Assembly (NCBI GenBank): GCA_964658305.1
Contig: OZ210885.1
Location: forward strand, 22,568,001 to 22,632,000
Direction: 5' to 3'
Origin: Leptogorgia sarmentosa
Lineage: Eukaryota
DNA length: 64,000 nucleotides
Below the pieces are notes generated by a model. It was not told where the DNA came from and did no database searches. It was given only the letters and a program-made list of their open reading frames with translations. Position 1 is the stretch's first letter, and each line of letters starts with the position of its first letter. Positions 21,701 through 32,934 of the stretch are shown here, piece by piece. The position numbers and the translations under genes were made by a program.

Positions 21701-22024
21701 CAGGGCCGGATTAACAAATTTTGGGCCTGGAGCTGGTAACTTCACAGGCCTATATCGAGCCCGTCACGGGCCCTACAAAACCATTTGTCAGTCGTTCTTG
21801 TGCATGGGGATGGAATTCAATCAGAAAATAATTATCAAAACGGAAGCCAGTGTTTTGTTTTGCTTTTTATCCAGGTTTGATAAATAACACCAAAACGAAC
21901 ACTGCTGTAGATTTCCTTGATTTTGCTGCAGCAAATTTCTTTATTACGGGCAATTAGGGGCCTATTTTTCATTGGGGCCTGGAGCTGTATAGTCCCATCC
22001 GCCCCTAGTGTTAATCCGGCCCTG
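21701..22024. mobile_element. hAT-type MITE, 324 bp
   Basis: TIR CAGGGCCGGATTAACA; 8-bp TSD GTTATTAT. Confidence 0.95.
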
Positions 22025-22765
22025 GTTATTATTAAAAACAATGTCATGGCACCCATGCCAGTGGTGCACTGAACCAGGGTGGATTCCGTGTAAACCTCAC
22101 GCTGAAGATGATTTCAAGTTGTGTTGCCGTGGGCCAAGTTATGCTAAGTTGTGCGCCGGTCCCAGCCTTCCGGCTTACACGGATACGGGATACCCCCCAC
22201 CAAGATTTTTTCATTAGTTAGTTGTTTGAATAGTTTAATCCTGCTGAAGCGCCTAAAAGGCGTGCAGCTGATAGGAAACCGAAAGTTTTTCCCTGCTGAC
22301 CAATGATGAATGTCGTTAGTGTTGTATGACTTGTATCACAAGTTACAGAAGTTACTTAGTTACTGCACCTTCATGCGCGAACACAAGTCATCAACTATGA
22401 CGTCATTTCTTTTTTGTAATTATTCAAAATTCATAGAGGAATTATACAAGATAAGCAGTAGAGTCATGCTCTGCTGACAAACATTAAAGTTACTAAAATA
22501 CCTGAAACAACTAAAATATTTATTGGAGCTGCGTGCTGAAAATCTGCATCATACAGGAGTTACAGGCTTACAGCATGGTACTGAGTTACAGCATGGTACT
22601 TAGTTGTGATCTCACAGTAATATCTTAACCTTGATCTATCATTTTTAATACTTTATAGTTATTGTTTAACAAACTTCAATCCCAGTGCATTTTTAACATT
22701 AAAGGCATTCAATCGCCAGTTACTGTACATACTTATAAACATAATAAACTCCTCAATCTGCGAGG

Positions 22766-25700
22766 TTATTCCTGATCAGCCAGGAAAGGACAACGACCTG
22801 GCTCTGCATCCAATCGATCGACGACTTTGGACACCACATACTCCTTAGCGCGGCTGGAGTGCATATAATTACTCCGGTGAGGTTTCAACACACCTTCCGG
22901 ACCATCTCCTGTAAAGAACAAGCTGATGCCTTCTCTGATGATGCCATCACATTTCTTCAATGGAGGTAAACACCAGTTGAGCTTGGTTCGTTTTGCAAGG
23001 TTTTCATTTGATTGCCCACCGGACTGTTGCTGAGCTCTCATGCAATTGTAGAAACTCTCGGCAATTGCTTCAGGCCCTTCTTTCGCTAGCACTTTATCTA
23101 GAAGAGCACATGATGACGGCGTTGCAACGTTGTAGACATCTTTGTTAGAATAAAACGATCTGTAAAACTGTTGCTCTTGCAGGCGAACGGTGAACTCTTT
23201 TCCACTTACGAATCTCAATTTAAAAAACGTGTCAAGTGTTGTTGTCTCGACAAGCTGTAACGATGTCAGCTTAATGTTCATTGGTAACGAAGTAGTGCCT
23301 TCAGCAAGTGCAAACCAATCTAAACACAGTCCATTCCAGATACCAATCTTGACAGCTTTCTTGATCTTTTCCATGAATCGAAATGCCAAACGCGGATCAA
23401 AATCCATCCCAGATTTGATAATGTGGGGCATTTTTGAAACAACAGCCAATACCTTTCGACATTCTTCCACACCATATGTTTCGTATTCTCCATCCGGCAC
23501 AGCCATTTGCAAAACACCATCTTCACATGTACCGCAGTGTAGAGCTACAAGGGCCGAGGCATCGAACACTTGTAGTGTCGACAAACAGCGATCGTGAAGA
23601 ATAGGCTGAACTCTTCTATCAAGAGCGTTCATTAGATCAGCTGCTAATCGCAAGCGGTCTTCCTCAATTTCCATTTCTTCTCGCTGCGTCCAGTTGAGAG
23701 TTCCTCTGCGTCCTTCTCCACTACCTTGATTTTTTACCAACCACCCATCAAGAAGTTCCACGCCTTGGTAATGATCGCCAGGGTTAATCGCTGCTCCAAC
23801 TTCTTGAAGTGGCGGAAAGGAGCTGGCATCGCCGTTTGCAGCCTTTTCCAGTTTAGCTTTAACTTGAGGCCACCAAAGTTTGAGTTTCCAAATAGGCATG
23901 TCGAGCGACTGGACTCTCAACATCAAATCAACAATTGGCTTTAATATGTCGAGGAATGACAACAGGTCAGCAATAAAATCTGACCCAGCGATCATGTACT
24001 GGTACTGTTCATCTTCTGCTCGATTTGGATACAGTTTATCGAACGCCTTCCACAATGCGCTGTAGCTTTTTTCAATTTTAATCCACTGTTGGTACGATGA
24101 ACTAGCGAATCTTTGCGTAGCATAAGCAACTGGTCTTCTTACGTCTTTGTCAACGAGTTGCAGAAAAGCAAAGCCCTTTCCATTTGCAAGAATGGTGTTA
24201 AAAACATTACACCTCTTCAAGAATATTTTGAAATGATCACTACTCGGACTTTGGTCCTTTACCTCGAGTACTCCAAGATTAAGAAGATGAGCTGCATCCC
24301 ACGTCACAGGAAGTGAAAGTTGACCATTGTCAGAGTCTTCGATTCCCAGCTGTTGTAAAAGACTTTCCCGGAATCCTGCGGCTTGGTACGGACCATCGGC
24401 CGCTACGCCACAAAGCCTTGAGAGAACATCTTTCGAAAAGTTGTCCTTAATTGATTTGATCATAAGTTCTGCCATAGCGTCATATGTAGCTGGCGCGAAA
24501 TCTTTATAGACTTGCGGAGCAGCAACAGGGATCGGACAGACAGGGAATTCCAACCTCGTTCCGAGCTACAACAAGGACGGCTTGATTCGTCGTACGCGAT
24601 GGTGTGGCTTTATCGATTGTGGCCCAGAAATGCGGTGGTAGTAACGTTGAGGGTAGAGGCTCGTTTAACCACGAATCGATTCGTCGGTTCACTGACTTCT
24701 CCAAGCAGGAAAGAATATCGTTGAAATTATTTCGACCATGTCCAATATTTCCAATATCGACTGAGCAACACGACAAAAAGGAGATCAGAGTCTCGAAATG
24801 TCTGGCTGCTGCACCTAGCTTCAAATCAACAATTGCCGCTCGGAATATGTTGCTTGTCGCGGTTGATCTTCTTTTCTCCCTTTCTTCTTCTTTTCTAAAA
24901 GCTTCCATAGCCTTCTTGTGTAATTTGCTACCATCGCCCAGTAAACACATGTGGTCAATACACAACTTCTTCTGCCTGTACCAGATTTGGTTGTGTCCCT
25001 CCACCAGAAGTCGAGTGACGTCCTTGCTGAAGATTTTTCCGGTGCCAAGTGTCCCACTTCCACAAGAATTGATGATTCTTTGGGCTTGGAACGGGGATAA
25101 GTTCTTAAGTGTAGGCCTGGCCGTTATTTGCATCTTAAAGCAAGGGTTGCAACGCAACAATGCAGTGTCCGATTCTTCATTATAAAAAAATTCCAGGTAT
25201 TCGGATGCCTCAGCCAACTGATGGATATTGCTTGCAGTTCGCATTGCCGTTAGGGACTTTAGGACGTCGTTATCTTCTGCCACGAGTTGTTCCAAACTTG
25301 AGTGTCGTTTACCAAAGTCTTCGACCTTTAAAGACAAGCTAGATATGGCTTTCATTACGTCGTCGATATTTGCTTGGCTCTTTGATCCAGTTGAATCTAT
25401 GTTGGTTTTCGTTACATCTTCAGAACTCGAGTTAGTTCCTTCGAATCCTTTGTTATTTGACTCAGATGAATCACTGCTGGCTTTTGCTATCGCCGTCATT
25501 TTCTTGAAATTTTTATTAATTCCTTGGTTAGTTGGTTCATTCGGATCTCTAGTGGTTTTACAGAAGGACAGCAACGTTTTTTGGCTGGTTGACTGACAAG
25601 AACTTGTGGTCGCTTGAGGTCTATTTCTATCCTTCGGAACGACCGCTTTACCGTATCTTGCATACAACTTTCGGACATTGGGAGCACTAGAAGGAACTAC

Positions 25701-26239
25701 AGTACAGGACTGGTTGTTGGCGTTGGTGTGCCATCTGGTTTTATGCCGATTGATGGTAGATGGATTTATTCTGCAAATACTTGCATTTTTACCCTCAAAT
25801 TTTCCATCAAACGATCTCTCAAAGCATTCCAGGCAAACATAATTTTCGTTTATCTTCCTGATTTTCTCTGGAACAGGGTGCTCAACGACATCTCCTTTTT
25901 TCCAATCCGAACTTAACTTTCTTTTTAATGGCGCTTTTGCAATTTTCGCCGACGGATGTGATGGTTGATCTCTCTCAATTGTAGCTGTGAATATAATATG
26001 TAGTTTTGAATAATAATAGCGTCAACCTGGTTTTATGTTAAATAGATGAATATTAGTTAATACTACAGAATTGACGTTGCCACCATACCTTTTTGAACGC
26101 AGTTGTTGCATTTCACTTTTTGACCAAAGCCTTCTTCTCCTTCTGGGATACCACAAATGATGTGGACAAACTTGTTACAGGTGCTGCATGTATGCGCAAT
26201 GCCTATCTCTTCCGAACAAACAGCACAAATGTGCTCCAT
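22766..26239 (-). pseudogene. Divergent hAT-like transposase with N-terminal PHD-like finger; 2 exons, frameshifts at ~25740 and ~24535
   Basis: Exon 26239-26089 MEHICAVC...AHTCSTCNKFVHIICG...EEGFGQKVKCNNC; exon from 25984 with CLEC...RH..RWH; core TIDKAT, AADG, WDAAHLLNL, TQRF, EAIAES. Confidence 0.75.
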
Positions 26240-26840
26240 GGCTAAAAACTGTTAAACCAGAATGAATTGTAACACATACGAAGTATAAATAGTTGTCAGA
26301 AAAAACAATTGGTTGTTATGACCTTATGCAATCTGTTTGAGCTTGAGATAGCCCGTCAATTTACCCCGGATTCTCGGAAGCACTTCTCAGTGGTCTGTCT
26401 TAGTAGTAAGTACTCCCAAACTGGAAACAATTTGGTTATCAACTATGTATGCACTTCAACTAATCGAGGGCTAGAGGAAAAGCCACAAGGTTGTTTTTGT
26501 TTACATATATCCTACATCCACTGTTACATCACTATACTCAAACTCTATTGTTGAGCAGGATAGCAAAAAGCAAAAATAGATTTCGCATTTATCAAATTAT
26601 TATTAGACTTTTATGATTCGTAATTTCGTATGACACTAAGACTTACCACTGTTGCCGGTCAGTCATCCGATTTCGGACTTTAATGGTCTGATTATGTAAT
26701 CATCTTGGATGCATGTATTATGCGTAATGTATAACGCTTTTAGCTTCTTTTTTTGTATGGAAAAACGTTTTTGCTGCTTTGGAACAAGTGCTGCATTTAG
26801 TTTTCATTAATTTACAGCACTTTTTTTTGTTTACAGGTGA

Positions 26841-26981
26841 AAATAGGTGACCCAAGGGCCAAGTATAAATTTAGATTTTGGGCACTGATCTCAAAGTAAC
26901 ACGGACCGACAGTGTCAGTCCGTCCGTGTTACTTTTGAGATCAGTGCCAAAAATCTAAATTTATACTTGGGTCATCTATTT
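26841..26981. repeat. ~140-bp hairpin / tiny MITE
   Basis: ccaagtataaatttagattttgggcactgatctcaaagtaacacggac mirrored by gtccgtgttacttttgagatcagtgccaaaaatctaaatttatacttgg. Confidence 0.9.
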
Positions 26982-27771
26982 GACACTGTTTTGAACTTTC
27001 AACAAATTTTACACATTAGCGACTTATAACCACATTCAGCTACTACTGCAGTAAAAATTTTTGAAGGACATATGCGATGCTGCGCCAACCACTGAAATTC
27101 GAAAATTGTGCGCCAGCCTCAACGTGTTTGTGCGCCAGCAATCCAAACCTTGCGCCGAAGATCTTCCGCAAAACCTACATGGAATGCACCCTGGGCACTG
27201 AACCTTGCTTCCTCCCATCTTTTTGGGGGCATAAGAATCTTGTATGGTCTTACTTGCCACATGACCAGCATAGCATTCCTGTTTAATATTAATCAACAAT
27301 AAATGTACTGCACACGTTTCACGAACAGTGTAATTGTAAAAATCTGGTGAAAATAACCTCAATGTTGACTATATCCCCATCGCCAGGGGACAATCACAAC
27401 TTAATTCGCCTTTCAAAAACGTTTCCAAAACACATATAACATACGACACACTATACTTGTTTTTTACAGTTTATTTTCCCACTTCGAGCCTTGAGCACGT
27501 TCTATCCTCAGTCCTTTTGCTTGGCCAGAATTAACATAACTTAACATAATTAATTATACTAATGTGAATCCTAAACGAAGTACTTTGCTTCTCAACACTC
27601 ACGTTTCACCCATGCAAGATTCCTACTGTGATGGCAGAAACTTTGATATTGTAAACTGGCCTTAAGAGACTGTTGTAAATAAATTTAAGCATATATACAA
27701 CCTTTAACAAAACCTGTCTTAGCAGAAAAACGTCTCGAACGATGTATAAGCATAAAATAAAATTTCCTTAC

Positions 27772-27839
27772 CAATGTGACGACAGTTCTTTGTTGTCAAA
27801 GGAGTTGTGACATCCATAAACATAGCAAAAACGCGGCAT
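27772..27839 (-). pseudogene. THAP-domain first exon remnant in element C
   Basis: MPRFCYVYGCHNSFDNKELSSH followed by a GTAAG donor; same exon layout as the THAP exon at 32935. Confidence 0.6.
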
Positions 27840-28991
27840 GTTGATAATCAACAAAATTCAACGAAATATTGTTTTGAATTAAAAACTTTGACGTGATGTT
27901 AGCTGGTATTTTAGTATTTTATTTTCAGACAGGGGGGTGAGAAAACTGCTCCCTTTCGGCAATGTTATTTGGTCAGTGGTTAGTCCCCTGAAATAGGGGA
28001 CTTACTACGTCATAATGACGTAAATTTGGCTAAAATCCGCCATGTTTTTGGCGACACTATTTTGTACGGCGTGGTATTACGACCTGATCTCCAGATATAT
28101 TAAGTATAGCTCAGTGCTTTAACCCCGAAATAATCGATCGTAAAGTGCTGCCAAGGCAGTCACATTGTTGTTTCAAGACGTTCGAGCCTATCAACCAGTA
28201 AACTAACTTATTTTTCTTCAACTAATCGTTGCCAGAAAGAATATGTTTTGTAAACTTTGGCCTCTTGGATGAATTCCCTTCAAGGACAACTCTGTCGCCA
28301 AAACGACGACTAAATATACAGTGAGAATTGTGGACGAAAAATTGCTTCCTCAAAGTTATCCAAAAGCTTCATTCTTGACCTGAAATGTCTCGAACAAAGT
28401 CAAGTGACTGTTTTGGCAGCACTTTACGATCGATTATTCCGGGGTTAATTCCATTCAAATTGCACAATTTTCATCCAAAACCTTCAGCACGGGTAGTTAT
28501 TTACAAAAAATGGTGCTAGAGCGTGATCGGAAACGTTATGCGGTCGTAAAATGTGAAAAACATGGTTTTCCCTATACTAGCTCCTATTAATTTGACCGGT
28601 TGAGCAGCCATCTTGGATTTTCAAAAGTTGCCACACATTTTATACAGAGTCAGCAATCTAGGCTTCCTAAATGTATGGCGTAAATGCATTGATTCAATGC
28701 GTAAATGTAAATTTTAAAACAAACTTTGAACCGCTTTCTGCAACTTGATTGACTTCGAAGTTCGAAGGTAAGTGTTTTACCGGTTGTTATATAGTGTTAT
28801 ATAAAGAACAAGTTGTTACAAGTCTGCTTTGAGTTCTGACTCACGATTGTTGGAAGTGGAACAATTTGTTACCAAGTTCAAGGAGGTATTATTTCAGTCA
28901 AAATTTGCTCGAAATTCGAAAACCAACAAGAATAACCAAGGCCAGGTCACAAAGCTTGGTGGCTAGACCATTGAACTAAAATATATGGAAT

Positions 28992-31900
28992 TAGTGGGGC
29001 GGATATAGGCAGATTTTTATCAAAATTGTTCACTTTTGGTTACAAGCATCAAATTTTGCACAGATATAGTTTTTTACATGCTGAACAATATTTGATATGG
29101 AGCCATCCTGAAATATGTTGCTGGTGACCGATGCGTGCAAATTTTAACAATGCCGCCATTTTGAACCGGAAGTAAAATTTTCCCAACCGGAAGTAGTTCA
29201 AATAGACAAATTTCTGATTTAATTTGCATATTTTGGTCGCCATCTTTCTTTTGATTGTCAAAAGTGTTGTTTCCTTTGGTAATGCCATATTTGAAATACT
29301 TTTATACCTAATTTTACCACTGAAAACTATACTTAACGTTGGATTGTTGCTGAAACGAGATACATAGCTAGAAACCACTAAAGAAAATATACGTCACTTT
29401 TTTGACTGTAAGTATCAGCAGTTATGGTAATTTATTGAAATCTTACAATTATTTATAACCTATAAATAGAGGTGCTATAAATAACTGTTAATTTATTAAC
29501 TCTGAAGCGCCAGATGTAGATGTCTGATCAAGACAAAACCGACTGGTCTCGCTGTGTGGTGTGTCAAGAGGTAAAACCTTCACAAAAATTACAGTGCCCA
29601 GCTGACACGAAACGTCAAAGCGATGCAGGAGCTGGATATTCTACGCTAGCTGCAAATATCCAAAAATTTCATGAGCTTGGATGCCTTCCCATTAATATAA
29701 GTCCTTCCAGATTAGACAAGGGAAACAGCATTGAGAACACTTTTGTGAAGAATAATGCGAAATGGCATAAGGGCTGCTACACGCTTTTCAATGCAACAAA
29801 GTTAAAGAGAGCAGAGAAAAGACATAGCAGCGAATCAGATCAGACCGTAGCACAGAAGTATACCCGTTCAATTTCTAGTGATATCCCTAAAAGCGTTGCA
29901 ATTTGTTTTTTCTGTGATGAGATCAGTACACGCAGCAAGCCCCCTACACAAAGTGTCTACTTTTGGTTTAGACTCGCGAGTTCGTGCTAGTGCCTTCAAG
30001 CTTCGGGATGAAAAGTTGTTAACGAAACTCAGTCAGGGAACAGACCTCATTGCTCTGGAGGCCAAGTATCACCCTGCGTGCCTTGCTCAGCTCTATAAGG
30101 CAGACTCTCTAAATGAAACAGCCGATCAGAATGAAAATGAAATTTCCCCTGAGAGTATCGCTTTGGCAGAGCTTGTTTCATACATTGAAGAATCAAGTGA
30201 ATCCATTTTTAAACTGGCTGATCTTGCAAAAGTATACCAATCCCATCTTCAACAGCTTGGGCGTCCTTCTACGGCACGTATTAACAGCACTCGGCTAAAA
30301 GAGCGAATTCTTACCCATTTCCAAAGTCTAGAAGATTACAGTGAAGGTCGGGATGTATACCTGGCATTCAGAGAGAAGCTTGGCAAAATTATTCGAGGGG
30401 CTCACATGGTTGATAGCGATGAAGAAGCTATCCATCTGGTAAAAGCGGCTAACATTGTACGAGGGGACATGTTAACAACAACAAACACTTTCAATGGTTC
30501 TTTTGATGCAAACTGCCAGGAAACCTCTGTACCAAAGTCTCTCCTGTCCTTGATAAACATGACTCTTTACGGACCGAATATTGAAACCCAGTCTTGTAAC
30601 CTGACTGCTAACCAACCTGGTGTGACCATCGCTCAACTTCTGCAGTATAATTGTTATGCATGTCGTAGAGGTACCAAACAAGAGCGTAAGAATAAATCAT
30701 GTGAAACACCAGTCACTATCTACACCGGTCTTGCCATCCATTCTAAGACTTGCAGCCGCGAAGTAGTTGAGACAATGTACAATCTTAGGCTAAGTGTTTC
30801 TTATGATAGGATCCTTTCCATATCAACTTCACTGGGGAATGCAGTCTGCCGCCGCTACCACCAACAGAATGTGGTATGCCCTTCCAACTTGCGCACTGGT
30901 TTGTTCACAACTGCTGCTGTGGATAATATCGACCATAATCCCAGCTCCACCACAGCACAGTACAGCGTGACCTTACTTATCTTGCTCCTTGTTCCCACAA
31001 AGAAGCTGACACCAGAATTATACTTCACGTGCAAGACGCCATCAACCGTGGTCATACAAGGATCGCTATCCGCAATGTAGATACGGATGTTCTGATCCTT
31101 GCAGTTGCAGCACTACCACTTCTTTCTGGCCCCACACAACCTGAAATATGGCTCGCATTTGGAACTGGAGCAAACCTTCGATATATTGCTGCTCATACAA
31201 TTTGCGCCAACCTTGGTCCACGAATTTCAAAAGCACTCCCATTTTTCCACGCCTTCACAGGTTGTGATACAGTATCCTGTTTTGCTGGAAAAGGAAAGAA
31301 AACTGCATTCGAGGTATGGAAGTTGTACCCTGAAGTCACAGATGCCTTTCTCCTCCTGGCCTCCGAACCACAGGAAGTGAGCGAGTCTTGTATGATCAGC
31401 ATTGAGCGTTACACAGTACTACTCTACAACCGAACCAGCAACAAGTCGACTGTAAATGAAGCTAGAAAGCAGCTGTTCGCACAGAAAGGTCGATCCCCGG
31501 ACGCCATACCTCCTTCTAGAGCGGCTCTAGTGGAACATACAAGACGTGCTGCATATCAGGCGGGACACTGCTGGGGACAAGCTCTTAAGCCACGCCCGGT
31601 GCTTCCTAGTCCTGAGAGTTGGGGATGGACTCAGATGTCACACAAGTATGCCGTGAGCTAGTCCGATGTGGGTGTAAGAAGGGCTGCAGAGGAAGGTGCT
31701 CCTGTCTTAAAGTTAACCTCGGCTGCACAGCGCTTTGTTTTTGTGACGAGGAGTGTAATAATAGATAGACAATCTTTGCTACGGTTTAAATATCTGCTTC
31801 AAACGTTTGCTTGGACACGAATATGTAAAACTGGGGGACTTAGCTGTAATTCAATAACAGTGTGTCTTTCAACAAATGCTCGTGGGTTATTGATTTCATG

Positions 31901-32346
31901 TTATTGTTATGCAGGTTTCCATGCGCCGTAAAATTATGTTACATTACGTATCATTGTGAAAAATACATTCTGTAATAAAATGATAATTTCAAGTTAAGTT
32001 TGGCGGCCATGCTGGCCTTGCTGTTCTCACAAATAAATCAACAGAATAAAACATTTTTATTGTAGTATTATAGTTATAATATTGTAGTATAAAGTGGTTT
32101 GTTAAAAAAAGAATGTCTTTTAACAATTATTAGATAAGAAATAGGCTTATTTGAACTACTTCCAGTGGGGGAAATTTTACTTCCGGTTCAAAATAGCGGC
32201 AATTTTAAAACTTCCACGTATCACCAGCAACATATTTCAGGATGGCTCCATATCAAATATTGTTCAGCATGTAAAAAACTATATCTGTGCCAAATTTGGT
32301 GCTTGTAACCAAAAGTGAACAATTTTTTCCTATATTTGCCCCACTA
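28992..32346 (+). mobile_element. AcademX transposon 1, internally deleted, inserted in the left TIR of the P element
   Basis: TAG..CTA ends, ~200-bp TIRs (28992-~29205 / ~32147-32346), 3-bp TSD AAT. Confidence 0.9.
29520..31764 (+). pseudogene. AcademX transposase/XPG-nuclease remnant
   Basis: DLIALEAKYHPAC; AVDNIDHNPSSTTA fused to LAPCSHKEADTR, DTDV, FHAFTGCDTVS; C-terminal Cys cluster (CGCKKGCRGRCSC...CTALC); frameshifts. Confidence 0.88.
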
Positions 32347-32934
32347 AATGTGAACTGCGGCCGGAAATTGAAGCCGGGATTTCCGGTTAGAACCCAGTCT
32401 TTTCTCGCGACAGACGAGCGCGGCCAAAACACAAATATCAAATTATCAATCATGTCGCTGCCGGCGAAAGATTTTTTTTTATAAAGTTTGTGTTTTTTAA
32501 TGAAATTCACAAATATTATGCTTAGCTTTTCTTTTGAATTTACACTCACATTATCTTTTTTTGTTTTTCGAATGGCAAGTGAAGCAGGAAAACACTTGAT
32601 AACGATAAAACGCCTTTTCAAGGCTGACTGCGAAAAATAATTTTGATGTACCTTCAACCTACATCCATACACAACTATAACAGCTCGTATGAGCAATAAA
32701 TGAGAAATAAATAGATAGCAATGACTGAAAATACTCATGTTCTTTTTGCATGAACATCCCTGAGACCCTGACGAATTGAATTACCAGGCAACTACTATTA
32801 ACAACCCTTCCAGGGAAACACTCATAGCGCATTTTAACACTGTTTGTTAAAGACGAAAGACAATTTCACTGCAAAAAAATTCACTTTATTAATACCTATA
32901 CATAGCTATTTGGTTATTTAATTACACGAAAAAC

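Larger units (their letters stand above)
22074..27194 (-). mobile_element. Divergent hAT-like transposon
   Basis: TIR CCAGGGTG(G/C)ATTCC(G/A)TGTA; 8-bp TSD GCACTGAA (22066-22073, 27195-27202). Confidence 0.9.
20455..28116 (-). mobile_element. Non-autonomous element C (CA..TG ends, 8-bp TSD; P-like, with THAP remnant)
   Basis: 34-bp TIR CACTGAGCTATACTTAATATATCTGGAGATCAGG plus inner inverted gtgtcgccaaaaacatggcggatttta; TSD CTTTAACC (20447-20454, 28117-28124). Confidence 0.9.
12219..28677. mobile_element. Non-autonomous fold-back element A (P-like CA..TG ends, ~0.8 kb originally) hosting nested insertions
   Basis: Ends CATAGATATAGGAAGCCTAGATTGCTG / CAGCAATCTAGGCTTCCTAAATGTATG; 8-bp TSD GCGTAAAT (12211-12218, 28678-28685); left arm pieces 12219-12310, 17486-17632 and 28125-~28175 mirror the right arm ~28400-28677. 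Confidence 0.9.

Noticed and set aside
20455..28116. CACTA/EnSpm assignment from the CACTG ends
   Set aside because: The TSD is 8 bp rather than 2-3 bp, and a THAP exon remnant is present.
28686..28960. Left terminus of the KDZ-like element
   Set aside because: No inverted match or TSD was found downstream of the gene by eye.
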